A DNA stretch of 63,949 bases, the filler included, from Octopus bimaculoides (taxonomy: Eukaryota), in NCBI RefSeq assembly GCF_001194135.2. It is 7 parts of 7 records of this genome, joined end to end, with 100 filler letters (N's around TTAATTAATTAA, not from the genome) between each part and the next. Parts side by side here need not be neighbours in the genome. Positions count along the whole stretch, not along the records: positions 34,600 to 57,359 come from NC_068985.1; 6 more parts are not named here. One strand, 5' to 3'. Below are positions 41,028 through 53,439 of the stretch, piece after piece. A model generated the notes under the pieces. It was not told the origin of the DNA, searched no databases, and was given only the letters and a program-made list of their open reading frames with translations. Both the position numbers and the translations under genes were made by a program. Numbering within the stretch: position 1 is the first letter of the stretch; the number at the start of each line of letters is the position of its first letter.

Positions 41028-41944
41028 GAGAGAGTGAGTGAGTGAGTGAGTGAAAGAGAGAGAGAGAAAATGAGACAGTAATAGTGACAAACAGACAGAA
41101 AGATGGAGAGTGGGTGAGAGAAATATTTATGTACAATAATTTTCTCTATGCCTCTCTTCCTACATGCATTGATGAAGATATGTAAGATAGATGTAGGTTT
41201 CGATAATGAATATTTGCGATGTAAAACATTTCTATATCACATAGGTATTTTGTTATTGTTCACATGAATAGATTTCTAGCGATATGATAGAAGTTTATCA
41301 TCAAAAATATCGCATGAGTGCACGCTAGCAAAATGGAAGTTAGATGTTACTGAACGACCTCCAATATTTTCTTGCTTAGCACTTAACACACTCTTCCAAA
41401 ATACATTATCCCAGTTAGTTCACAGAGTGCCGTATCCTGCCGCGGAGATTGTGATTTGTTTCGCACACACACACACACTCACAGACACAAAGAGTTACAA
41501 AACACGCATACACACACGCGCGTATGCACATACACACACATACACACACTCACAAACACACACATAGACATAGTTACATATATATTAACAAACTGACATA
41601 AATGCATACATGTGTGCGCACTTGTGTCTGTATATTGAAACGTCCATACGCATATATGTATATGCTTATATATATATATATATATATATAAAGAGAGAGA
41701 GAGAGAGGGTAGATAGAGAGAGGGTAGATAGAGAGAGGGGGAGAGATAGAAAGAAGATCGACAATAGATACATAAAGAAACAGTGAAACACATAGATATA
41801 TTTACAAATATGGATATATACATGTGTGTATGTATAATATATTCAATATTTATAACACAGATACACACACTAGCATATTTAAAGAGGTACTTGGTAATAA
41901 ACCGGAGAAAATAAATTACTTTATACTGTAAATGCTGTAATGTT

Positions 41945-42068
41945 CGAGGGGGTGTATGAAAAATCTTGAGCCTCCAAAACACAAAACATGGTTCAACACT
42001 TCTCATGAAGGTACCAGACTACAAGGCACAAAGGCCTTGAAGGCTCGAAACTTTTCATACACCCCTCG
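41945..42068. mobile_element. 124-bp mariner-type MITE with about 28-bp TIRs
   Basis: Left CGAGGGGGTGTATGAAAAATCTTGAGCCT; right reverse complement CGAGGGGTGTATGAAAAGTTTCGAGCCT. TA on the right flank, TT on the left. Confidence 0.85.
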
Positions 42069-42626
42069 TATCATACAATATAAAACATGTACTGTAATAT
42101 AAAGCATAAACTGTAAATATATAGACATGTGTGCGGGTGTGTGTGCCTTAGAGTTTGCTTCAAGTTGTATGCTTTTGTGTATGTTTGAGTGTTTTGGTGT
42201 CTGTGTTTGTATGAGTGTGAGCGTGTGTGCACATGCGCGCGTGTATAAACATGTATGAGTCTTGAAGCCTATACATTCTAAAACATTTGAGAAATTGCAT
42301 TGTTGAAGTTCGTTTCATTACAAGCTGACTTCTACATACGCCTGTATAATCCGACACACATTTTATATGTACATAATTTTATGTATTTGCACATTTAGAT
42401 ATAAATAAATAATCATATTCAATGTTTTCATAGGCTTTTCTTATTATTTCCTCTTTGAATCGGTCTTCTGTACAGTATATTATCAATCACCTTCGTCACC
42501 TCAGAGACGACAAACATCATGTTCAGAAGGCCAAGCTTCTGCTTCTGTTCTCATCAATTTTTTGTGCGTTAGCTTTTGAGTGGTTCTGCTTATTTCTTCG
42601 AAAAATTATTTAAGTTCCTCCTACTA

Positions 42627-42981
42627 CAGATGCTTTGCCTTTCATCCTTTCGGGCTCGATAAATTAAATACCAGTGAAACACTGCAGTCAATGGAATCGA
42701 CTAGTCCACTCACTCAAAATAAATTTAAAGCCTTTGGCCTTTAGAAGAAAGGATTATTATTGATATTAAGGCAGTAAACTGGTAGAATCTTTAGCACGTC
42801 GGGCAAAATATCGCTACTTTTTCCGACTTTAAGTTCTGAGTTCAAAGGTCACCGGGGTCGACTTTGCTTTTTTCCCATTGCCTAGTTCAATAAAATATGT
42901 ACCAGTGAAACACTGGCTTCAGTGTGATCGACTTACACGCACCCACCTAAAATTGCTGGCCTTGTGCCAGAATTCAAAATC
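42627..42981 (+). mobile_element. Two tandem SINE S1 copies (42627-42762 3' part with tail B; 42767-42981 full with tail C)
   Basis: Both carry CTTTGCC...GATAAA..AAATACCAGTGAAACACTG; the second has the head AAGGCAGTAAACTGGTAGAATCTTTAGCACG. Confidence 0.8.
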
Positions 42982-43459
42982 TTTATTTCTAAGGTGGTGA
43001 GTGGGACAAAAAAACTTATTTTACAGTCCTTGTGTCTATTGTAGAAAGGATTTTTTTATTACTGGCATCACACGTGGAACCCACGCTGGAAACATCGCTA
43101 ATCAGCCATGCGAGACTGTTAACACTCCCCTTGAAATTAGCAAAACCTATGACAATAATGACAAAGACAAGACCACTAATACCAGCATGACCCGCGACAA
43201 CTCCAACAATAAGTTATAAATCCAACGACAACTATAATAGAATTATCAGCGGCAGTAGTGACAGCTTTGACAATTGCGCTTACAGCATCAGCACTGTCGG
43301 CAAGGAAACCAATTGTAACATATCATTCAATGACAACCTCATCAACAACAGTAACAGGGAAAATCCTAAAAGGAAAATGAAACACAGTTCGCAAGTAGCA
43401 CAAATAAGTGGATTTCAGCAAGTGGAAACGGATGCGATTAAAACAAGATATTCTTTTCT

Positions 43460-43590
43460 ACTCTAGCCACAAGGCCCGACATTTGGCGGGAGGAGGAAAG
43501 TCAATTAGATCGACCCCAGTATGCGTCAGCTACTTAATTTATCGACTCCGAAAGGATGAAGGGCAAAGTCGACCTCAGCGGTATTCTAAA
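43460..43590 (-). mobile_element. SINE S1 3' portion, tail B
   Basis: Reverse complement of GAGGTCGACTTTGCCCTTCATCCTTTCGGAGTCGATAAATTAAGTAG...GGGCCTTGTGGCTAG. Confidence 0.82.
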
Positions 43591-43619
43591 ATATATAAGA
43601 CATTGTCTGACCTGGAGTC

Positions 43620-45030
43620 TTAGCTGCCCCAGGAAAGAAGCTATGTGCAGCAAGAAAAGAACAATAATTTGTAAGTATATGAATCGTGCAGAAAGCAATC
43701 CAAAATACTCTTCCTCGGCCGAAATAGAAAAATGTCTGGAAGAAGTGTGGCCTTTCGTAGTTTATATCTGCCGTGGAAGACAACATTCTGCTGTAAGGAA
43801 GAGGAAGCGCAGAGGATGGCTACAACGACCTACTCCTCTGAGCAGGTCATGGTGCTATCCTTATACATGGGACGTGGTGTGGCCAAAATCAGTGTCACAA
43901 ATGTACATTCTCATAGGGATCAGGCCAACCTAGAAGAGTGTGGGGAGATAATATGGATGAAAACAAGCCCCCAACAAACAGAATAGAAACACCAATGGAA
44001 TTGCCAATTGTTTTTATTGCTCCAGAAGACGCACATGACATTCCACACTATTTCTATTTATGATAATTTGAAACAGATAACCGTAGTCGTGTAATGTAGG
44101 AAGCCCGGATGTCATATCTGTGAGAAAGTGATCTTCTAAAACTTTCTACGGCACTGTGGAGAAGTCATGAGCGGTACTTCACTCTGCACCATTGTTTTCA
44201 ACACCGAATCTGTGCAATCAGTAAATGGACGGCAGCTGCAACCACTACAATGGCAAATACAAGAGCAGATAGATAAGAAATCAAACGAAATAAAATGACT
44301 CCTCGGGTATAGAAGTGGCCTCGAACAAAATGAAATCACTCGACTAGGGGATCATCTAGCTACCAACCGAAGCGAAAGCCCATGCATGAGCATTTCAGTC
44401 ACACAATTTTCCGAAAGAATGACACATTGATGGCGTTTGTAATAAAGATTAAGTTGTGACAACCTTTTAGATCTTTAATGCTTTTACCATTTCCAAAACA
44501 CCAGAAGCATGAGAACGAGTTCGACAATGTATTGTGTTTTGCAAAATCGTTTTCTCCAGGTTGTGGAAGGTTTCACGAGCTTATTAAACGAAAGGATCTT
44601 GAAAGGCTTGCAAGGCTCCGAGGAACAACCAACACAAGGCTAGGGTGAGTGACAGAATCCTCATTTGTTTCTTTGCTTTTTCGTAGCAATTGTGAGAATA
44701 GGTCGAAGACAGCACATGATCTGGAGGCAGCGTGATAAAGGGCGTCACATATTCAACGACCTTAGGTCATTCCATCTTAATGCATAAGACATTGGTAAAA
44801 CTTGGATTTCTGAAACGCAGTTGCTTGCTGTCTTTCTAGTTACGAGAGTTATACTTCCTTCGGTTGGACTGGATCAAGTAGTTTTCCTAGACCTGGTCGG
44901 TAGGTTAATGGTCTTGGATGTAAACTGCAAGGAGGAGAACGGTGGAACCTTCAGACTAGTGGACGATCACGCTCCAAAAAGAGGGTCACGGCCGAATTTC
45001 TTTACACGTCTAGAGACGCTTCAATGAAAT
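43620..45030 (+). mobile_element. Old L1/Tx1-type LINE remnant (ORF1 about 43640-44140; ORF2 APE about 44760-45025)
   Basis: IEKCLEEVWPFVVYICRGRQHSAV and EEAQRMATTTYSSEQVMVLSLYMGRGVAKISV align with ORF1 at 61719 (VERCLSPIWKKIRYVCRGVKSATI; ...NEQIMLLPTYLGRRTAKITV). RKPGCHIC is a knuckle remnant. VVFLDLVGRLMVLDV...FRLVDDHAP aligns with PVFLDPEGRLVVLDV...FRLVAAYAP at about 63500. Confidence 0.8.
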
Positions 45031-45174
45031 GATAGAGAATCATTCGTTAGTTTTAACTAAGAAATTGCTTTAGAAAACAATAGAATATAAAACTAGTTAA
45101 CGGTTTAGGAAATGTACATAGACATTTTGGGGAACGGCTAATTGATTACTTATTTCATTTTGGGAAAGATATAA

Positions 45175-45616
45175 TTGATTACTTATTTCATAAACCCCCG
45201 AAAGTTGAAAGGCAGTGTCGAACTCGGCAGAATTAGAACACAGAACGTAATAACGGACGAAATACTGCAAAGCATTTTCTCCGGCGTGCTAAGAATTCTT
45301 CCAGCACACTGCGTTTTCAATGATTAAAGGGAAAGTTATTCTCAGTGGAATTTAAAACCTGACTGACATGGGCCAGAATAATACAGCACAAAATTATTTA
45401 TTTCTTTATTGCCACAAGGGGCTAAACATAAAAGGGACAAACAAGTGATTAAGTCGATTACCTCGACCCCAATGCGTGAATGGTTCTTATTTCATCGACC
45501 CCGAAATGATAAAGACAAAGTCGACTTCGGCGGAGCTTGAACTCAGAACGTAACGGCAGACGAAATACCGTTAAGCATTTCACCCGGCGTGTTAACGTTT
45601 CTGCCAGCTCGCCGCC
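45175..45616 (-). mobile_element. Two same-orientation SINE S1 copies (45175-45315 partial; 45396-45616 full, tail A)
   Basis: Both are reverse complements of the S1 consensus; the second ends ...CTGCCAGCTCGCCGCC. Confidence 0.85.
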
Positions 45617-45674
45617 TTACAGCACAGATTTATTACGACGGCTGTAACGATGTTACCCGATCCCTGTCTTACTA

Positions 45675-45724
<50 letters not shown>

Positions 45725-47574
45725 GCTGCTACTGCACCTGAGTTAAACTGTCACATCTGTTATCCTTCACTTGCCCCAGGACGTTGGAGGCTGCTTGGTA
45801 CTTTATTATTTTGTTATTATTATTGTTGTTCTTGTTGTTGCTGTTGTTGATATTGTTGCTGCTACTGCTGCTGTTCTTATATTCGATGTTTTTCATGGAG
45901 GTAGATTTAAAGCACCTTCTATTCAAAATAGAATAGAATTCGTTAAAGCCTACTTGCATGCTAGATTGTTTCTAGAAGTATAGAGTCTGCTCGGATACGG
46001 TTGATGTAAGAAAACGTAAGGTTTTCTTTTTTAGATTTCGACATTCATTTTTACCATATACAAAAATGGCTACGGAAACCCCCTAGCCATACACATAATA
46101 GATATTTCGGAATCAAGAAAATGACGCAATTCACCTGCATAATACAAACAAAACAGAATTCTCATTAAATTATTCAATATATTGTTAGGATCTGAGCATG
46201 ATAGAAAACATTAATATTCCAACAACCAGTTCTGATATATCGAGTGAATATGTTATCAAAAATAACAACGTGACAACATTGTTGTCACAATGTTTGCGAA
46301 ACGAAATCATTTCCGCTTTTTCACATAACAACTGCACATTCTCCAGTATATTAAACAATACATAGTATCGGTCTATGATTCTTTTTCCTCGGAATAATAA
46401 GCATTGTGTAAAGCTGTTTCGCAAATCAGTTTCTCTTTCTTTTACAAAGAGCAGACATAATGAAACTTCATTTTTAGAGTCCTAAAATAACTTAGGATCT
46501 CAAATCCGCTCAAAGCTGAAAGAAATAATATTAGACCCGCGATCCAGAACATAATATCCATTTGCTTGTTTAAAAAATCTAAAAACATTACCTATACTGA
46601 CTGAAATTGCACAGTTGATACATAGTGTTTTCCCAGTTGCTTCATAGGTGAAATTAAAGACTGTCGGTGAAAAACGTCGACAAAAATTTCACATAAAGTC
46701 ATTTCTTATCTTTTTTCCCTTTTTTCATTCCTTCTCATTTCATTCATTCATTCATTCATTCATTCATTCATTCTTCTTTCATTACTTTCTTACTTCCTTC
46801 ATTTCTTTTTTCTTCCTTCCTTTCTTCCTTTTTTGCTTTGTTTCTTTATTTATTGTTACTCTTCTATCGCAGTATATTTGGCTGCTCTGCACAGTACAAA
46901 GTTTTGTATCCTACAGAGATCCAACTCCACCAGTAGGAGGAGCGGAAAAAATAGAAAATAAAAGGAGAAAAGAAAGAGCAAAAAGCACATCAACAAAAGA
47001 CAACGATGAAACCTAATACATACAAAACTTGCAGAGGAAAAGAATAACGACTATATGGCAATAAACACAAACGACATGGCAATAACCACAAAAAGCGCAA
47101 GATTCATGAATTACATAAAGACACAAATATCACGTAGACAGATTTTACAATGCCCACAAATCTAAATACCTCCATGCATACGAATCATTCGAATAATCCA
47201 AGACACATACACACACCTAAAAGCTAAATTGCAGCGGAAATGGGTATCATTTTTGGAAAATCCCCTTGCGAATACTTGATAATGTCTTGGTGGAAACACC
47301 CCCAATCAAACTGGCAGGACGGACAAACCGCCCTTCCACACTAGTAAGTTTTCCTTCCAACCATTTTGCTAAAAGATGGATGGGAGTGGCGAGCATCCAC
47401 TGAACGGGTCTGCTTTGAGCATACACCTGTAAGTCGGAGATAGTGAACTAAGAAAAGGTACCAGCCCAAAAGACAGGGCACCCGTGGTTTCATGGGGTTT
47501 TTTCAATGAGCAACTCTCAGACATCTCTTCCCTATTTAGAGTTGCGCATTGTTAAAATTTTATCATATGGGAGG

Positions 47575-48522
47575 AGAAATATCAGGAACTAGAACAAAGA
47601 TATAGAATAAAGAAAAAAGGGACTAAATGTACTTCTTCAAGAGCTTCACTGGATAATTTAAAAGTTCTTGGAGCGACACCTGTATAATAGAAGAACTAAA
47701 AACAAACATGCTAAATGGCTGAAAGAATTATGGTTGGATGAATATTAAGTGAAACAGCAATATTAGAGTAACGACCGAAATGGTAACCGAACAAACAATA
47801 AAGATTACAAACTGGAAATACCCAGGACCGGATGGGATACAAGGACATTGGCTGAAGAAATTTCGAGCATTACACAGAAGAAAAGCCACGCAAATTGAGA
47901 AAATGATCAACAACGGTGTACGAATCCCACAGTAGGAGACCACAGGCAAAATAATTTTTTGCCAAAAGGATCCCAGCAAAAGCAATGCAGTGGATAACTG
48001 CAGGCTTATCATCTGTCTGCTCTTGATGTAGATGCTGATGACAGGAATAATATCTAAATGTGTGTATTACTTCCTCGTAATGAATGGGAAACTGTCAGTG
48101 AATCAGAAACGGTGCACAAGGAAAAACCGAGGGACAAAAGATCAACATCTCATAAAAGAAAGGCACTGAACGATTGAAAGAAGAGACTTACTCATCTCAG
48201 CTTGGCGTGTATCGATTATGAGACTGTGTATGATAGTGTCATCTATTCCAGGATTTTAAAAAGTCTTGAGCTGATACAGGTGTCTTATAACATATGAAAT
48301 TGTATTAGGAGATCAATGAAAACCTGAAATAAAGAGTCAACTTCGTGTGGAAAAGTTTGGCGGCGTTAACACCAAGAGAGGCATATTCAAGGAGATAGCC
48401 TATCACCATTGCTGTTTGTAATTTAAATGATACCCCTCACACAGATACTACGGAATATGACGTCAAAGTACGCCTTGAAAAGTGGAGGAACATTAAATCA
48501 TCTGTTATATACAGATAATTTA
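47575..48522 (+). mobile_element. R4/Dong-clade non-LTR retrotransposon, degenerate RT fragment
   Basis: KYQELEQRYRIKKKG; KHAKWLKEL; NWKYPGPDGIQGHWLKKF; QKDPSKSNAVDNCRLIICL; IDYETVYDSV; RGIF/GDSLSPLLF; LNHLLYTDNL. These are RT motifs in order, in the form typical of R4/Dong. Confidence 0.85.
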
Positions 48523-49870
48523 ATGATGTGAAATTATGTTAAACTGACGAATGCCAAAAAGTATTCGAAGAGATTAAAGTGATGTTAACGTCAGAGCTAT
48601 CTCCAGCATATTTTGACGCGAAGCTAAAAATAATTATTGCATCAAATCAGAGCAATAATCTTACATAAGTTGGAAAATGGTAAGGTAAAACCGATCGCAC
48701 ATGCGTCACGTGCATTACTATCGGCGGAAAAAAAAACTACAGCCAAATAGAGAAAGGGGCACTAGCCATTATCTTTGCAGTGAAGAAATTTCATAAATTG
48801 TTGCATGGCAGAAAGTTTACCTTGCAGAAAGAACACCGTCCTCTATTAACAATATATGGATCAATAAAAGGTATCTCCACACATACAGCCAATCGACTAT
48901 AGCGCTGGGGGACTACCTTATTAAATTACGATTTCGAAATGGAATTTTTGCCTTCGAAGAAATTGGGATATGCGGACGGGCTGTAGAGAGTGATCCGCTA
49001 GAAATTGTATTAAAAAATATTCTCTTCAATGTAGTGCGGAAACTACCAGTCACATTGGAAGAGATAAAAAGTAAAGCAGAAAAGGATGCATTTATTAACA
49101 AAATGAATATATAATAATGAATGACACAAATACAAAAAATTATGTCGCTGAGCGTAACACAGGTTTGAAATACTATTCAATGTGTGACAGCGTGTTGATG
49201 TATGCTCAGAGGGTTGTGATACCTGTTGTACTACGAAATAGAATGCTAAAAGAATTTCATGTAGGACATCCTGGAATTGCAAAGATGAAGGCCATCATGA
49301 GGAGTTGTATTTACTGGCCTTGTATGAATAAAGATATCGAAAAACTTGTGAAAGCATGCAGGGGATGCGCCCTGGCAGCTAAGGCACCTCCAGTAAAGAT
49401 TCAACTATGGCCAAAGACAGATATACCGTGATCTAGACTACACATATATTTTGCAGGACAACTAATCGGTGTACATTATCTGGTAGTGGTAGATAGCTAC
49501 ACAAAATGGCCTGAAATCTGTAAGTGCTGAAAACCAAGTACGAAAATAACTACTGAATTTTTGGATGAAATATTTGCACGTTTTGCTATGCCGGACACTA
49601 TAGTGTTGGACGATGTCACGCAATTTACAGCAAAAGAGTTCAAATAGTTTTGCATGACACATCAAATGGAACATGTCACTACCCTGCCATATCATCCGAG
49701 GTCATATGGACATGTGGAGATGCTCGTAGATCCGTTTAAAAGAGCTTTGAGGAAAACCAGAAACGAATCATTAGTGGATAATGCACTGAGAAAGTTTTTA
49801 CGCGTCTATAGAATAATGTCAAACCCCAACACAGAGCAGAGTCGTGTATGTCACTCGTTGAGTTAACGTT
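48522..49870 (+). mobile_element. Ty3/Gypsy (K02A2.6-like) pol remnant: RT connection, RNase H-like domain, integrase HHCC and core
   Basis: TDECQKVFEEIKVMLTSEL; KPIAHASRALLSAE/NYSQIEKGALAIIFAVKKFH; HVGHPGIAKMKAIMRSCIYWP...CRGC; LVVVDSYTKWPEI; PYHPRSYGHVE. Multiple stops and frameshifts. Confidence 0.92.
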
Positions 49871-50291
49871 CGCCAGAAAGGTACGATGAGTATTTGATAA
49901 ATTGTTACCGGGAAGGACACAACAAATGTTGTTAATAATACAAACTATTCCAATATATGTGACGTAGTATTTTTTTAAATGTACAAATATTGAAAAAAAG
50001 TTAAGAACAAGGACGAATAACCAAACGTCATGGTAGAGTATTATATATGGTGAAAAGGCAGACATGTAAACATAAGATACATATAAACAAATAAAAAAGT
50101 GACACACAGAATGACATATTTGATATTCTGGCGCCGCAGAAAAGGGTTGAACCAGTGCGAAAATCAACTAGAAACAGAAAGCGGACGGAGTAGTTAGAGA
50201 TTGATTATAAACGAAAAATAATATGTCAATTTCTCCTGAAGGAAGTAATAAAAAGATAAATAAATGAATAAATGAAGGGAATGCCAATCTC

Positions 50292-50499
50292 AAAGAAGGG
50301 AGATGATGTATGGGGAATCTCTACACTTCCGGGATTGCTTAAGTGAACTATGCTAGTTAGTATAAATGAGCTTGCGAAGACCAGTTTGAGAAGAGTGTTA
50401 TATGCGCAGTCATAGTGTACAGGTCGTAGGAATTATTGAATAGAATATCGTGGAGTGCTTGTTAAGGATACACAGCTGGAGAGTAATAACAGAACATCA
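50292..50499 (+). mobile_element. Polypurine tract (50292-50303) plus 196-bp 3' LTR (50304-50499) of the Gypsy element
   Basis: AAAGAAGGGAGA is immediately followed by TGATGT...ACATCA (6-bp terminal inverted repeat, TG...CA). AATAAC lies near the 3' end. Confidence 0.78.
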
Positions 50500-52053
50500 G
50501 GAAAGGCTTGATATTATAGCAGTTCGGATGTAACAGTGAGGATGAAAAGTCGTACGACATATCAGAAATGATTTTTATAAAAAAAATATAGAAATGATAT
50601 TTGAAGGGAAAGTAAAGTGCAATTTTAGAGGAATATCAGGCTGGTGTTTCTAGCAAGTTGAACGTTCACAGGGAGACCCTTTCTGTGGCCAAGGTATTGG
50701 ATTTGAGTTTGGAAGTAGATAAATGTTCTATAGAAGGAAAGAGAAATATGTATGTATATTGGAACTAAGTTTGTTTATTGACCACTGTTGACAGATAACT
50801 TGAAAGCATTCAATAGAAGTCCTGTACAAAATGCTAGAATTCAATTTTCAGAAAGCCCTACTCCTGTAAAATATGGAATGACATGGGGAGTGGAGAAAAA
50901 GTGTGCTAGGGATATTAGACCGTAAATTTTCCCGAAGTGTGGCAGCGTAGGAAAAATACCGTTAAAATCAAGATAACGATGCTGGTGTTTTTGTCGTTGT
51001 AGTTGTTGTTGTAGTGGTGGTGGTGGTGGTAGTGCTGCTGCTGCTTGTTGTTGTGTGCTGGTTATTGTTGTTGTTGTCGTTGTGGTGGTGGTGATAGTGA
51101 GGCTGGTGGCGGCTGCGGTGGTGGTGGTGATGGTGGTGTTCGTGTTGGATTTGATGTCGGTGTTAGTGTTGGTGTTAGTGACGGTAATAGTGGTTGTGTT
51201 GGTGTTGATGGCGGTGTTGGCGGTGTTGGCGGTGTTGCTACGTTGGTGGAGATGGTAGTAAAGAGGGTGGTCGTCGTGGTTTTGATGATTAATGATTATA
51301 TTGATTCTTTTCCTTTTTACGAATATGATGATGATGATATCATCATCATCATCATCATCATCACCACCATCATCATCAGTATTATTCTACTGATAACGAG
51401 AGAAAAGCACGAATGGTGCTTCTGTATTTAGTTTTTCCAGTATGTCGCTTTCATAAATATTGTTTATCTCACGTCTATTTTTTCCTTCACTTCTCTTGTT
51501 TGTTGTTTCTTTCTTTGGTTTTTCTTGTGACGTTCAGGAAAAAGTAATGAGTCAGACGTGTCTCTCTGGGTTACGTGGGTTATCAGCCCATTACATTGTT
51601 AAGAAATAGGCTGTATATTGTATAAAGTAAGAAAGATATGGAAGGCGAAACCCTGTGGAGACTGGAGCGAATAATCAGTTAAAAAGAACCCCCGTATGGT
51701 GTGAGAATAAGCAAATATCCAGGCTACTATGGACCGTATCTTTATCCTGTATTTGTTTTTATAGTTATTTCAATCTAGGCGTTTGGCACGACGAAAATTC
51801 TTAACCTGATTTGACTCGCCCACTACTTTACAGAACACACAAACTTAGATTTGCAGTAACCAAGAATCAAATAATTCGCATGCTCCCACAATTTTATCAA
51901 GCGACCGATTTCTTTCCTCGCATCTGCTCTCAGTTTTTAAAAAATAAAATCGTATTGCTAGGGTTGTGCTAATCAGCTTCGCCTGTATTTAGAAGAACGT
52001 TTATATGTTTGTATGTATGTATTTATATATGCATGTGTGTATGCATGAATGAA

Positions 52054-52088
<35 letters not shown>

Positions 52089-52726
52089 ATGGATGGATGG
52101 ATGGACAGACGGACGGATGGATGAATCGATGGATCGACGGACGGATAGATGGATAGAAGTGTGTTCATGAACATGAGTAAAAACATATCAAAAGCAAATG
52201 AAGATATGGAGGCAAAATACCGCACTAAACAATTATTATGGGATTCGTTGCACAAGTCTTTCGATTCTTCGATGNNNNNNNNNNNNNNNNNNNNNNNNNN
52301 NNNNNNNNNNNNNNNNNNNNNNNNNNNNNNNNNNNNNNNNNNNNNNNNNNNNNNNNNNNNNNNNNNNNNNNNNNNNNNNNNNNNNNNNNNNNNNNNNNNN
52401 NNNNNNNNNNNNNNNNNNNNNNNNNNNNNNNNNNNNNNNNNNNNNNNNNNNNNNNNNNNNNNNNNNNNNNNNNNNNNNNNNNNNNNNNNNNNNNNNNNNN
52501 NNNNNNNNNNNNNNNNNNNNNNNNNNNNNNNNNNNNNNNNNNNNNNNNNNNNNNNNNNNNNNNNNNNNNNNNNNNNNNNNNNNNNNNNNNNNNNNNNNNN
52601 NNNNNNNNNNNNNNNNNNNNNNNNNNNNNNNNNNNNNNNNNNNNNNNNNNNNNNNNNNNNNNNNNNNNNNNNNNNNNNNNNNNNNNNNNNNNNNNNNNNN
52701 ATATATATGTATATATATATATATAT

Positions 52727-53110
52727 AGGCACAGCGTGGCTGTGTGGTAAGAAACTTCCTTCCTAACCGGATAGTTACAGTTCAGCCCGACTACGTGCCA
52801 CTTTGAGCGAGTAAGTGTCATCTCCTATATCCTCGGGCCGGCCAAAGACTTATGAGTGGATTTGGTTGACGGATACTTAGAGAAGCTGGTCGTGTGTGTG
52901 TGAGTGTGTGTGTGTGTGTGCGTGTGTGTATGAATTTGTGTGCGTGTTTATGTTTGTCCCACACCATCGCTTGATAACCGATGTTGGTGTGTTTACGTTT
53001 CCGCAACATAGCTGTGCGGCAAAAAGACCGATAGAATAAGTACTAGGCTTACAAAGAATAAGTCCCGGGGTCGATTTTTTCGACTAAAGGCAGTAAAATG
53101 ATTGAAACGA
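52727..53110 (+). mobile_element. SINE S4, full length, with internal (GT)n microsatellite
   Basis: AGGCACAGCGTGGCTGTGTGGTAAGAAAC head; internal (GT)n at about 52880-52950; tail GATAGAATAAGTACTAGGCTTACAAAGAATAAGTCCCGGGGTCGAT. Confidence 0.85.
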
Positions 53111-53179
53111 TAAAAAGAATAGAAGAATATATACATTATCTACAACAAACAGATAGGTGTGCTCGTGTTGTTTGTTGTT

Positions 53180-53226
53180 ATAGCAACGTTTCGTGTGATG
53201 TACTCTCCATTTTTCATCAGGTGTTC
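53180..53226 (-). ncRNA. Minimal hammerhead-ribozyme-like motif downstream of the Penelope ORF
   Basis: Minus strand AACAC-CTGATGA-aaaatggagagtacatcacac-GAAAC-GTT: intact core boxes and a palindromic ACGT stem III. Stems I and II are decayed. Confidence 0.55.
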
Positions 53227-53439
53227 TGGTGGAATTTCGAACCCAACCCTTTATTTGACTAATGGGGTACACTGTTCTCATTCCTAAGGTATGTTGTTGA
53301 TGTTATTTTTCTGTTGATATTATTTCTCAAGTCCCTGCCCGGGAATGAATTTAGAATCTGAAGTTTAGTAGCTTGCGTTCTTATCCACTACGTTATATGC
53401 CCGTAGGCAATTATAGAATGTATTTTAGGGCATATAAAC

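Noticed and set aside
43027-43460. N/D/T/S-rich open frames
   Set aside because: Consistent with decayed (AAC)/(AGC) trinucleotide DNA; no domain and needs a frameshift.
46270-46288. 19-bp palindrome GTGACAACA-T-TGTTGTCAC
   Set aside because: A 9-bp stem is expected roughly once per window by chance, and there is no supporting context.
48524-48529. TGATGT at the Gypsy 5' boundary, identical to the LTR start
   Set aside because: It is part of the pol codons (N-D-V-K), and no TSD matches the right flank, so it is coincidental rather than a 5' LTR remnant.
50680-50745. Minus-strand FQTQIQYLGH resembling an RT motif
   Set aside because: A single short motif with no neighbouring RT signatures.
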